The notes under the pieces were generated by a model, which saw nothing but the letters and a program-made list of their open reading frames with translations, made no database searches and had not been told where the DNA came from. Shown here one piece after another: positions 40,847 through 50,641 of a stretch of DNA of 62,917 bases. The stretch is from assembly GCA_964602845.1 (NCBI GenBank), contig CAZRSW010000011.1, positions 1-62,917 on the forward strand. Direction: 5' to 3'. Numbering within the stretch: the stretch's first letter is position 1; every line of letters begins with the position of its first letter. The stretch comes from an uncultured Dehalococcoidia bacterium (GTDB lineage: Bacteria; Chloroflexota; Dehalococcoidia; Lucifugimonadales; UBA826). A program made the position numbers and the translations under genes.

Positions 40847-40966
40847 TCAATAGCTATCTTTGTCATAGATAACAACCACCTATAAGGGTACAACGAGGTC
40901 AATAGAAATTAACTGTAAGCCTAGGGAACAGGCAACTTCCAAAACCCCAATAAATTGACATTGCAG

Positions 40967-42118
40967 TTAGGTTCCAGATCCTGCAAAATAACTCTCCAGA
41001 ACGCTTTCCCTCACCGTATCCAAAGTACAACAATGTATACCACCACTTATCAAATACGAATGTCGGAACTTTGTCGGTACGACCGTAAAACCATACTGTT
41101 CCAAAGTCTTGATAAGGTTGATTTGACGATCGTCTACTATCACTGTATTGGGATCAAGAGACAAGAAATTCATGCCAATCCATTTGGACGATATTGATCC
41201 AAGATTACTCTCAATGCCCATACTTAGGAGCTCATTATAGATTGGCAATCTCACCTTATGGTGGAACTCTTGAGTAGCCTCTGGAATAGGTTCAATATCA
41301 TGAAAATATATCTTTTCCCATTCATCAAAAATAGCCGGGCAGTTGCTAGTATCTACCCGATCTCCGTTCAACAAAACTAATCCTGGCCGAAGACATAAGA
41401 CTGTAGAATCAATATGGCTCGACTTGTAAATCTTATCGGTGGTATGGACTTTATATTCTTCCCCTAAAATATGCTGCAGCCATCTTGCTCCTAGATAATT
41501 GCCAGATCGAGACACAAGATAAAGTAGGTCAGTACCCATACGAACAGTATTAGCAGCCTCAAATAAGATTTCATCTTCCATAAGCTTCACATATTTTTGG
41601 CCATCGTCATATTGATCTCGACCATCCTCCATATATGAGGTCATGTGTTCAGAACTAAATCGTGGTTTAGGACTCGATACCCAACGAAATCCATTTTCTT
41701 TCATATATTCATAAAATATGTCATACAATCCGATAGGTTCAAAGAAACGGTGTTGCTCCTGCGATGGTGATTCTATGACCATGTCACCAACAACCAAATG
41801 TAAATCCCTCATGTTATATATATGCTCCGCTGCTCCAGCTATAAATGGAGTCTGGAATTCGACCCCCACAGAGTCTAAATTAGGGCGGTGCACCTTCACA
41901 TTGAAATCCTCGAATATCTTGTTCAAACCTTCAAGATCTTCAGACACCTCATCGGATAACCATTTCGGGTAGGCCTGAGCGCTAAGATCTTTGGCCTTAT
42001 TCAATACATTTTCAGTCGGGATTTTATTGGACAAAAACCTAAGCGACGCTGGCCCCTCGGCTCTTCCAAGTATCACCTCCTTCAAAGTATCCCATTCATT
42101 ATGACTATTTATTTTCAT
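40967..42118 (-). CDS. L-arginine amidinotransferase (glycine/inosamine-phosphate amidinotransferase family)
   Basis: NSHNEWD.LKEVI.G, RD, FEAAN, HIDST, GMN.LS, GGIHCCTLD..R (catalytic Cys/His). Confidence 0.88.
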   Translation of the reverse strand: MKINSHNEWDTLKEVILGRAEGPASLRFLSNKIPTENVLNKAKDLSAQAYPKWLSDEVSEDLEGLNKIFEDFNVKVHRPNLDSVGVEFQTPFIAGAAEHIYNMRDLHLVVGDMVIESPSQEQHRFFEPIGLYDIFYEYMKENGFRWVSSPKPRFSSEHMTSYMEDGRDQYDDGQKYVKLMEDEILFEAANTVRMGTDLLYLVSRSGNYLGARWLQHILGEEYKVHTTDKIYKSSHIDSTVLCLRPGLVLLNGDRVDTSNCPAIFDEWEKIYFHDIEPIPEATQEFHHKVRLPIYNELLSMGIESNLGSISSKWIGMNFLSLDPNTVIVDDRQINLIKTLEQYGFTVVPTKFRHSYLISGGIHCCTLDTVRESVLESYFAGSGT

Positions 42119-42125
42119 TATCGCT

Positions 42126-43073
42126 CTACATTCCTCCTTTTTGGGATCCAGACGTTATCATCTGCAAAATGTTTGCATGATCCTCTCTATTAAGTTCCAA
42201 ATTATTGGACTCGTAATCTGAGGACTGCGGTGTAAAACAATTATTGGCGCGAAACCCACAAATGATCCCCAATTTCCGTAGTATCTCAAGAGTCTCATGA
42301 TTGTAAGAATCCGCCGGATGTGCCATGGCTAACACTTCAGACTCACATACTTTTTGGATGTGGTGAAGATTTCTACGATATTCATTCCATTGATCTTGGT
42401 AGGGCAGTGTAGCGATCACCATAGGATGGGAGTAGGAATGCAGTCCAATGACATGTCCGAGATGACGTAGTTCCAACAGATTCTCATTGGTCATCCACAT
42501 ATGCCGACCTAAATCTTCTTCTTCGATCCCATAATCCTGAATGATTTGATCCATGAAGCCCTCAAAGGACTTCGGCGTTAAAACCTGATCTCTAATTATT
42601 CGGAATTTTGCGTCTTCAGTGGAGTAAAACGGTGCTGCTGAAATTACTTTGTTCAAACTCCGCTCATTGATCAATGTCAAAGCTTTATTTGAAAAAGGCG
42701 ATTTATCCACTTTTTCGAAAAACAATTCATAAAATTCGTTTATCTCATCGAAATAGGAACACCGGAAACGCCGATACATCTCGAATTTTGATCGAAAACC
42801 CTCAAACACACTGGAATAAATGAACCAGAATGCTTGGATCCCATACTCCTCCATAACTGGTAGAGCAACTTCAAACTGGCACAATAAAGAGTCATCGAAC
42901 GTGAGGCATATATCCTCATTTTTCAGCTGATGTGAACTTAATCGACCCAACCATTCATAAGGCGTTATAATTCTTTCCGGGCCAATATATTCAATGATCT
43001 GCCTAAACTCCGCCGCCGAAATAGATCCTTGACCACGCAAATGGCGTCCACCATCATGAAGATGGTGAAACAT
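42126..43073 (-). CDS. Polysaccharide deacetylase (NodB/CE4 family)
   Basis: MFHH, CLTFDD, IGLHSYSHP, MAHP. The true start may be the upstream in-frame CTG at 43106. Confidence 0.85.
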   Translation of the reverse strand: MFHHLHDGGRHLRGQGSISAAEFRQIIEYIGPERIITPYEWLGRLSSHQLKNEDICLTFDDSLLCQFEVALPVMEEYGIQAFWFIYSSVFEGFRSKFEMYRRFRCSYFDEINEFYELFFEKVDKSPFSNKALTLINERSLNKVISAAPFYSTEDAKFRIIRDQVLTPKSFEGFMDQIIQDYGIEEEDLGRHMWMTNENLLELRHLGHVIGLHSYSHPMVIATLPYQDQWNEYRRNLHHIQKVCESEVLAMAHPADSYNHETLEILRKLGIICGFRANNCFTPQSSDYESNNLELNREDHANILQMITSGSQKGGM

Positions 43074-43167
43074 TACCCCATGGGGACCGGATACCTGATA
43101 TTTCAGAACGTTGTGATCTCCCTCATAGCTAGATACCTATCACGCAGCAATGTCGTGTTGTTATGGC

Positions 43168-44154
43168 TCAAACTATGTATCCCTGTGTGCTGTAATGATG
43201 TAGATTTGACTTCATCCAAGATATCGTTTTAGAAACACCATTTTCAATGGACACTTTGGGTAGCCATGCTAGTAACTTGCCAGCTTCCTCAGAATTCGAT
43301 ATCAACCTATCTACTTCGCTGCTATTTGGCCTTATACGTTGGTTATCCCGTTTCACTGTGGAGTCAGAATTCGTCAACTTTATACAAATATTCACTAACT
43401 CTTCCACGGAATAATCCATCCCTGTGCCAAGTTGAATGGTCTTACCTTCCACTCCATTGGCATTAAATGCCTTAACGAACCCATCTACGGTATCAGACAC
43501 ATATGTCATATCGCGGCGAGGCCACAAAGATCCCAATTTTATCTCTTTTTGATTGTTTAAAATCTGGGTTAAGACTGTAGGCAATATAGCCTTGTTAGAT
43601 TGTCTGGGTCCATATGTGTTGAAGGGTCTCAATATCACAGCCGGCAATTCATAACTGTAAAAAAAACTCTCTGCCAACTTGTCAGCCGCTATCTTAGATG
43701 CCGCGTATGGCGATTGAGCCTTAAGAGGATGGTTAGAAAATATTGGGACAGATTTCGGTGATCCATACACCTCACTACTGGACGTTTGTATAAATCTTTG
43801 GCAGCCGTACCTTACAGCAGCTTCCAGCATATTTAAAGTGCCGAAAACGTTAGTGTCTATAAAGGAACGCGGCGATTGAAACGAATACGGAACAGAAATC
43901 AAGGCAGCGAGATGTGCTATGTAATCACATCCTTTAACAAAAGCTTCCGCCGATCTGGCATCCCTTATATCACCGGTGACTATCTCAACAGCTTCTGCGG
44001 TTCTTGGTTCCATGTCCTTTAACCAGCCTATGGAATCTGAGGAATTATACAACGCTGTCGCCCTCACTTCCCAACCATCTTTAACCAACCGTTCTACGAG
44101 ATGGCTACCTATAAATCCATCAGCTCCTGTCACCAGGACTTTCTTATTATTCAC
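43168..44154 (-). CDS. legB: NAD-dependent 4,6-dehydratase, LegB-like
   Basis: TGADGFIGSHL.E.L, YNS...GWL, HLAALI..PYS, QSPYAASK, RPFNTYGPRQS. Confidence 0.78.
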   Translation of the reverse strand: MNNKKVLVTGADGFIGSHLVERLVKDGWEVRATALYNSSDSIGWLKDMEPRTAEAVEIVTGDIRDARSAEAFVKGCDYIAHLAALISVPYSFQSPRSFIDTNVFGTLNMLEAAVRYGCQRFIQTSSSEVYGSPKSVPIFSNHPLKAQSPYAASKIAADKLAESFFYSYELPAVILRPFNTYGPRQSNKAILPTVLTQILNNQKEIKLGSLWPRRDMTYVSDTVDGFVKAFNANGVEGKTIQLGTGMDYSVEELVNICIKLTNSDSTVKRDNQRIRPNSSEVDRLISNSEEAGKLLAWLPKVSIENGVSKTISWMKSNLHHYSTQGYIV

Positions 44155-44912
44155 TCGTTGTCACTAAGATGTTCACTGTAAACAGAGTTAATTTTTCCCT
44201 GTAGCATTAGTTCTATTATTTCCATGTTGAATAAATCATCAGCTTCAATAGCTCGTTGCCTTGGAACAATGTACCCCCCCCACTTACCTGTATGCAGATG
44301 CGACACCTTATCCATACTTGACCTACGATATGCAAATACCGAACCACTAACTCCGTAGGACTTAGGTGCATCCTGGCGTCTGATTACACCATGTGCAGTT
44401 TCCTTGCTTAAACTGATCTGTTCTTTCTTTTCAGGATCGTTATCAATAAACTCCACCATGGTGTAATAGGGATTCAACTCCGGAATATACACCGTCACCG
44501 CAGCGTCGAATTCTCGATTTCCGTGCAACAGTTTTATAACCCCGCCGATATCTTCTGGCTGACGTTGGGGGACCGTCACATCCAAATCTACTACGACATC
44601 GGGAAAGAACCCATCATTATTTTCTACATACCGAGTGGCATGGAGTATGGCATCTATCTTAGGAGACACATCCGTGCTATATTCTGCTGGTCTATTAAAC
44701 GGCACATCTACCCCCAAACCTCTCACCAAATCTGCAATCTCTTTGCTATCAGTCGTCACAATGAATTGATCTATCGAACTGCAACGAATGGCACAATCAA
44801 TCGTATACTCAATTAGTGGACGACCGTTGATACGGTAAACATTCTTACCCTTAATCCCCTTAGATCCTCCTCTTGCGCAAATTGTCGCCAGAACTTTAGG
44901 ATCTTTATACAT
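44151..44912 (-). CDS. neuA: Acylneuraminate cytidylyltransferase (NeuA/LegF/PtmB family)
   Basis: TICARGGSKGIKGKN, RP...S.D..PK, LD.T.P.R, RRQDAP. Confidence 0.85.
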   Translation of the reverse strand: MYKDPKVLATICARGGSKGIKGKNVYRINGRPLIEYTIDCAIRCSSIDQFIVTTDSKEIADLVRGLGVDVPFNRPAEYSTDVSPKIDAILHATRYVENNDGFFPDVVVDLDVTVPQRQPEDIGGVIKLLHGNREFDAAVTVYIPELNPYYTMVEFIDNDPEKKEQISLSKETAHGVIRRQDAPKSYGVSGSVFAYRRSSMDKVSHLHTGKWGGYIVPRQRAIEADDLFNMEIIELMLQGKINSVYSEHLSDNE

Positions 44913-44916
44913 CTTT

Positions 44917-46101
44917 CTAATACGTCATCTTTTTCTGTACAAGTTTCTTATCAAGATCAACAGTTGCCAATACATTCACGATTTTCGATCCAGTATCACC
45001 GTTCCCGTATGGATTATCGCATCCCGCAACTCTAGCCTGGAACTCCGAATCATCCATACAGGCCTCAATAGCATTGATGATCTCATCAGAGTCATAACCT
45101 ACGTCAATAACATTCTCAGCTCTCATCCTCCCCCTTTGCCTACTACCAATGTTGATACAGGGGCATTTGAACGCAGCTGTCTCTTTAATCCCACTAGATG
45201 AATTGCCAATACAGATGTCGCTCACGTTTAATAGACCGTGATATCTATACCGGCCGAGGTTCTCTATCACCCTTATGAAAGGCAGTTTTTTCTTCTCAAA
45301 CAACCTTATTTCTTCGATGATACTCCGACCTCCTGCATCATTATTGGGATAGGTGATTACAGACTGAAACCCCCACCTATTCCCCGCGGCTTCGAGGGCA
45401 GCCAAGGAGGAATTAATCTGCTGTGCGGCCTCAGAAAATTCGGTGGGGACGGCATGTTGTGTAAAAGCCAAGATTGGCAATTCTCTATCCAGATCCAAGA
45501 ATGAATATATCTCCTCGGGAGCAGCAAAGCTACCTTCCCTTATAAGATCTATTGTGGGGTAACCAACATCATGAACTCTCCAGGGCTCCTCGCCCATTGC
45601 TAAAACTCGTTCTTGGGCAGATAAATTTGTGGTGAAATGTATGTGTGCTAACTTCGTCATAGCGTGCCTGACCGAGTCATCTAAAGCACCACCATCCGTG
45701 TAATCTCCCCCTTCCACATGAGCTGTCGGAATCCCCATTTGAGTACCAGCAATCAAAGCAGCAAATCCTTCAAATCTGTCCGCATATACGACTAGGATAT
45801 CTGGCACCATAGATTTTAGAGCCTCGCTGACTCCCATAACACCCGAACCTATTGCGGAAGCAGTTGAATATATATGATCCGTCTCTAGATCAAGTTCAAT
45901 CTCAGTATCGACCACAAAACCATCCTTTCGGATTTCATCCAATGTATCACCAAATTCACCTTTCAAATGGGCTCCGGCGACAATCAACTTGTAGTTCAAT
46001 CTCTCGTCTTTGTCAATTGCTCTTATGATAGGGTACTGAAGCCCATATTCAGCACGATTGCCAGTAAAGACAGCGATTGTCCTCTTGTTATGACCGCTCA
46101 T
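44917..46101 (-). CDS. neuC: NDP-N-acetylglucosamine 2-epimerase, hydrolysing (NeuC/LegG family)
   Basis: TG.RAEYG, DRFE, HVEGG, D...RHA.TKLAH.H, GNSSSGI.E, NIG.RQ.GR, NPYG.G. Confidence 0.9.
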   Translation of the reverse strand: MSGHNKRTIAVFTGNRAEYGLQYPIIRAIDKDERLNYKLIVAGAHLKGEFGDTLDEIRKDGFVVDTEIELDLETDHIYSTASAIGSGVMGVSEALKSMVPDILVVYADRFEGFAALIAGTQMGIPTAHVEGGDYTDGGALDDSVRHAMTKLAHIHFTTNLSAQERVLAMGEEPWRVHDVGYPTIDLIREGSFAAPEEIYSFLDLDRELPILAFTQHAVPTEFSEAAQQINSSLAALEAAGNRWGFQSVITYPNNDAGGRSIIEEIRLFEKKKLPFIRVIENLGRYRYHGLLNVSDICIGNSSSGIKETAAFKCPCINIGSRQRGRMRAENVIDVGYDSDEIINAIEACMDDSEFQARVAGCDNPYGNGDTGSKIVNVLATVDLDKKLVQKKMTY

Positions 46102-47032
46102 AATATTGCTCTCGGATTAACTCGTTTAAGCCAAGTTCAAGGTCCACTAAAGGGTCCCAATCTATAGCGTCTCGAAGTTTGTTGTTGTTCAAAACCAGCT
46201 TTGATTTACTGTCACGTTTTTCTCTCGGCACCTCACCATTAAGACCCATCTTGACACTATGTCGATTGCCACTAAGTTTGACCACCAAATCTGCTACGTC
46301 ACCAACGGAATACCCGATGTTAGTAGAAATATTGAACTCATTCCAGTAACCCAAGTTTTTGCTCTTCAACAAGCCGATAATCGCACTGGACACATCATTG
46401 ACGTGAATGAAGTCCCTAACTGGACCAGGGTCCTTTATAAAAATATCCTGACCTCTCGCTACCTGTTGGATTAAACCGCCGATTAAGGTAAATGCCTTGC
46501 TATTTGGCCCATATACATTCGCCAACCTGATCACCAACACCTCACAGCTCAATCCTTGAGTGACAACTCGAGCTGACAATTCACCTGCCAACTTACTAAA
46601 AGCATAATCTGACTCCGGTCTCAGCTCCGCAGATTCTGTCAAAGGTTCCTCTGAATTGTTACCATAGACATAAGCCGTAGAAGCAATGATCAATCTTCTG
46701 ATCCCCGCTTCAACGCAAGCTCTAGCTATATTAGTTGTACCAAAAACATTAGTAGATAAATATTGGGACGATCGATTATCAGCGTTGTCGTTTCGGGTTT
46801 CCGCGGCCAAATGAACTACGCTACTACATCCGTCGAAGACTCTTCGCAACGCTGCAAGATCTCTAATATCAGCTGAGTCAGTCTCAACCAGACCAGATGC
46901 CAACCTACAATCCTGATGAGAATTCGGTCGGCGAACCGCCCTAACCTTTAGAGACCCATCTAACACGATGTCTTCTATAAGCCTAGACCCTATTTGCCCA
47001 AAGGCCCCTGTGACACATATTGTTTCAGTCAA
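46088..47032 (-). CDS. NAD-dependent epimerase/dehydratase (extended SDR)
   Basis: VTGAFGQIG, HLAA, ST..VYG, YAFSK, R.ANVYGP, RDFIHV.D. Confidence 0.88.
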   Translation of the reverse strand: MTETICVTGAFGQIGSRLIEDIVLDGSLKVRAVRRPNSHQDCRLASGLVETDSADIRDLAALRRVFDGCSSVVHLAAETRNDNADNRSSQYLSTNVFGTTNIARACVEAGIRRLIIASTAYVYGNNSEEPLTESAELRPESDYAFSKLAGELSARVVTQGLSCEVLVIRLANVYGPNSKAFTLIGGLIQQVARGQDIFIKDPGPVRDFIHVNDVSSAIIGLLKSKNLGYWNEFNISTNIGYSVGDVADLVVKLSGNRHSVKMGLNGEVPREKRDSKSKLVLNNNKLRDAIDWDPLVDLELGLNELIREQYYERS

Positions 47033-47052
47033 GACAGTACTGGATGGTGCTT

Positions 47053-48084
47053 TCAGAAAATATCATCGTATCTCAATTGAGTGTTGGCCGATACATCTTT
47101 TTTGACCTTACGACCCAACATGTTCTCAAATTCCTCTGCTGGGATCTGGCCAGTACCTGGTCTCTTGACCCATATATTACTCTGATCCAATACTTCATCT
47201 TTAGCTATGTCTCGGATAGAGACTACAGACGCATAGGCAAAATCAATAGTCGGTTGTTCGTCAGATAAGATAGTCTTGGTTCCCCCTGACGCCCTGAATA
47301 TCGCGTTAACCCCAATGATGAGATCTCTCAACTCCTCTGTGTCGAGAGATATAGGAACATCAGGCCCAGGCCATGATTTATCAGAAGTAAAGTGCTTTTC
47401 AATAGCACATGCACCTAAAGCAACCGCAGCAAAACTGGTGTAATTGCCCATTGAGTGATCACTTAACCCAATAATCGCGTCCGGAAACGAATCACGCAAT
47501 TGACTCATACCACCCAGTCTAACCTTTTCGTATGGAGTTGGATACATTGAGGTGCAGTGGTTAAGAAGGAAAGGAACGCCTTCACCACGTAGAATCTCCA
47601 CCGCTGGTGCTATCGACTTAAGATCATTCATGCCAGTACTTAAAAGAACTGGTTTACCATATGAGGCTATGTGTTTTACTAGGGGGTAATTATTGCATTC
47701 TCCAGACCCAATTTTATAAGCTGACACACCCATTTTTTCCAGTCGTTCAGCGGCTGCCCTGGAGAAGGGAGTCGACAGGTAAATCATACCTTTTGATTCA
47801 ACATATTCCTTTAATAGGATCTCTTGGTCTGCACTAAACGAACACCGAACTATTATCTCCCAAATTGACTCAGTAGTATTTCCCGGAATAACATCGTTGG
47901 GTATCATTTCATCTTCAACCACGTGACACTGAAATTTGACACACTCGCACCCAGCTGACGCAGCATCATCCACCATCTGAATAGCTTTCTCGTACTCACC
48001 TTCATGATTTATGCCAATTTCTGCAATCACCAATGGTGGCTCATCAGGACCTATATTTCTACCTTCGATCTCAAATTTCCGCAT
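47053..48084 (-). CDS. neuB: N-acetylneuraminate synthase with C-terminal SAF/AFP domain
   Basis: AEIGINHEG, H.VEDEM, VIPGN, STPFSRAAA, KIGSGECNNYPL, STGMN, YPTP, LSDH, EKHFT, GPD, WVKRPGTG; SD GAGGTG upstream. Confidence 0.92.
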   Translation of the reverse strand: MRKFEIEGRNIGPDEPPLVIAEIGINHEGEYEKAIQMVDDAASAGCECVKFQCHVVEDEMIPNDVIPGNTTESIWEIIVRCSFSADQEILLKEYVESKGMIYLSTPFSRAAAERLEKMGVSAYKIGSGECNNYPLVKHIASYGKPVLLSTGMNDLKSIAPAVEILRGEGVPFLLNHCTSMYPTPYEKVRLGGMSQLRDSFPDAIIGLSDHSMGNYTSFAAVALGACAIEKHFTSDKSWPGPDVPISLDTEELRDLIIGVNAIFRASGGTKTILSDEQPTIDFAYASVVSIRDIAKDEVLDQSNIWVKRPGTGQIPAEEFENMLGRKVKKDVSANTQLRYDDIF

Positions 48085-48242
48085 ATCTATTCACCTCGTA
48101 CTAGTCACGACGTTAAAACTGACCATTTGAAGTAACTCAAAACTTCCCATATATACTTGCATTTTTCTATTAACAATTAGGCGACTACTTGGATCTTGGC
48201 ATCATTCCTGTCTCTGCCCCTGGATATTTCCAAATGGTGAAA

Positions 48243-49226
48243 CTATGGCGCCAAGGATAAGTCCGACTTAAAATGTTCCACGGTTCTGCTCAATCCATCT
48301 GGGAAAGTTACAGAAGGGGCCCAATCAAGCAGTTGATTTGCCCTTGTTATATCCGGTCTACGTACCCTGGGATCATCTGTAGGTAAATCAGTAAATATTA
48401 TGTCGCTGGCGCTTTGAATCATCTCTCTTACCATGTTCGCCATGTCTAAGATTGTTATCTCATCTGGGTTACCTAGATTTACCAACCTCGAGTCAACATC
48501 ACCCAGTTCCACAGCCGGCACCTGCAGGAGCCGAAATATGCCCTCGACCAAGTCGTCTACATAGCAAAAGGATCTAGTCTGCGATCCGTTTCCATACACG
48601 GTCATATCATCGTTTTTTAACGCTTGAGTGATAAAGTTTGGCAAGGCGCGCCCATCATGTGGCCTCATACGTGGGCCATAGGTATTAAATATCCTGACGA
48701 TTCTGGCATCAACAGCATGTTCTCTGTAGTAAGCCATGGTTATCGCCTCTGCAAACCTTTTAGCTTCATCATAGACGCTTCTAGGACCTACAGGATTCAC
48801 ATTTCCCCAATATTTTTCTTGTTGAGGGGACTCCAAAGGATCTCCATATACCTCGGATGTAGAAGCTAGCAAGAATCTAGCCTTTTTGGATCTCGCCAAG
48901 CCCAACGCATTTAACGTACCAATAGCACCCACTTTTAAAGTATGAATTGGATTCAATGCATAATCCCGGGGGCTAGCAGGACTGGCAAAATGGAGTATGT
49001 AATCAATTTCCTCACCAATCGAAATGTGATCCGTGACATTGGATTCGAAAAAACGAAAGTCAGCATTATCCATCAAATGTTGTAAATTAGATACACGCCC
49101 GGTAAGAAAATTATCTAGACATAGCACTCTCATGCCTTCTGCTATCAAACGATCACAAATATGCGATCCTAGAAATCCTGAGCCCCCCGTGACCAAAGCT
49201 GTTTTCAAACGTACATCACTCCTCAC
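48243..49226 (-). CDS. uxs: UDP-glucuronate decarboxylase (UDP-xylose synthase) family
   Basis: [72 protein letters not shown]. Confidence 0.9.
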   Translation of the reverse strand: MRSDVRLKTALVTGGSGFLGSHICDRLIAEGMRVLCLDNFLTGRVSNLQHLMDNADFRFFESNVTDHISIGEEIDYILHFASPASPRDYALNPIHTLKVGAIGTLNALGLARSKKARFLLASTSEVYGDPLESPQQEKYWGNVNPVGPRSVYDEAKRFAEAITMAYYREHAVDARIVRIFNTYGPRMRPHDGRALPNFITQALKNDDMTVYGNGSQTRSFCYVDDLVEGIFRLLQVPAVELGDVDSRLVNLGNPDEITILDMANMVREMIQSASDIIFTDLPTDDPRVRRPDITRANQLLDWAPSVTFPDGLSRTVEHFKSDLSLAP

Positions 49227-50635
49227 GTAGTGTCGCTCGAAGAATATCGACCCGTACCCCTATATAAAAACCCCATATCTATGATTTTTTGAGCATCAAG
49301 CATGTTCCTAACATCCAGAATCAAGGGGCACGACATCGACTTGTAAAGATTGGCAAAATCAACTTCTCTGTATTGCCCCCATTCAGTAGCAATTACCACC
49401 GCGTGGGCGCTGGTCGCGGCTTCTTCCGGACTCTCATGATAGGCTATGTTCTCGCCGACTGGAAATAAGGAGGCGAAATTATCTGACGATTCCGGATCAT
49501 GCAACCTAACCATCGTCTTTTCATCAAGCAACTTTTCCACCAGAGAAATTGATGGGGATTCTCGAACGTCATCTGTTTCCGGTTTGAATGAAAGCCCCCA
49601 AATGGCTATAGTTTTCCCAGCAAGTACTCCTAGACTTTCTCTTAATTTATCAATTACCTTTTCCGGTCTTGCTTCATTTATTTGAGTTACCGATTTAAAT
49701 ATGGCCATGTCTACACCGAGGTCATCACCTATCTTGTAGAACGCCTTGATATCTTTAGGAAGGCAATAACCACCAAATCCCATACCGGCGTTCAGGAAAC
49801 TTGAACCGATCCTCGGATCCATTCCCATCCCTTTGGACACTTGAGCTACATCTGCTCCAACCTTTTCACAAATATCAGCCACTGTGTTTATAAAAGAAAT
49901 TTTTGTCGCAAGAAAGCTATTTGATGCATGCTTTATAAGCTCTGCTGTATTGAGATCTGTGATCACAAATCGTTCATTATCCTTACTTACTTCTTTCTCA
50001 AGACATCCGCTCATTCTAGCTATGAGAGATGCATAAATTTCTACCAGTACGCTACGGGCTCTTTCCGATTCAACACCCAGTACAATCCTCTCAGGATTAA
50101 AAAAGTCTCGTAACCCAGTCCCTTCTCGTAGAAATTCCGGATTCACGGCGACCTCAATAACCACTGAGTCACGAGCATACTCTCGCATACTCTCTTTAAG
50201 TTTCTGGGCTGTAGAAACTGGTGTAGTGCTTTTTTCCACCACCAACTTATCTGAGTAGGATTCAGCTGCTATCATCCTACCAACAATTTCTATCTGAGAA
50301 AGATCGGCAGATCCATCATTGTTCTGAGGCGTCCCAACACATACAAATATCACATCACTCTTTGAGATCGATTCCTTTACACTCTCCGCGACCTGAAAAC
50401 TCCCGTTAGAAAGCGTGTTTGTTAAAATTTCATGCAACCCCGGTTCATAGAATGGCGGGATTCCTGCACGTATTAAGTCGGCCTTAACATCATCATCATC
50501 TGCCCCAATCACCCTCAAACCAAGGTCGGCAAACCCCACGGCAGTAGGTAAACCAACGTGGCCAAGCCCAAGAACTCCGATTGTGAGACGATGTTTCATA
50601 CGATCCCCTCTGTTAACACAAAGATTAAAATCCAC
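49223..50635 (-). CDS. ugd: UDP-glucose 6-dehydrogenase
   Basis: [60 protein letters not shown]. Probable start ATG 50599 with SD AGAGGGGA. Confidence 0.9.
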   Translation of the reverse strand: MDFNLCVNRGDRMKHRLTIGVLGLGHVGLPTAVGFADLGLRVIGADDDDVKADLIRAGIPPFYEPGLHEILTNTLSNGSFQVAESVKESISKSDVIFVCVGTPQNNDGSADLSQIEIVGRMIAAESYSDKLVVEKSTTPVSTAQKLKESMREYARDSVVIEVAVNPEFLREGTGLRDFFNPERIVLGVESERARSVLVEIYASLIARMSGCLEKEVSKDNERFVITDLNTAELIKHASNSFLATKISFINTVADICEKVGADVAQVSKGMGMDPRIGSSFLNAGMGFGGYCLPKDIKAFYKIGDDLGVDMAIFKSVTQINEARPEKVIDKLRESLGVLAGKTIAIWGLSFKPETDDVRESPSISLVEKLLDEKTMVRLHDPESSDNFASLFPVGENIAYHESPEEAATSAHAVVIATEWGQYREVDFANLYKSMSCPLILDVRNMLDAQKIIDMGFLYRGTGRYSSSDTT

Positions 50636-50641
50636 ACAGCT

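Noticed and set aside
40967-42118. Secondary-metabolite cluster (streptomycin, saxitoxin or phaseolotoxin-like) suggested by the amidinotransferase and P-N enzymes
   Set aside because: No NRPS/PKS, ATP-grasp ligases, resistance or dedicated export genes; the surrounding genes are for glycan synthesis. Not strictly excluded.
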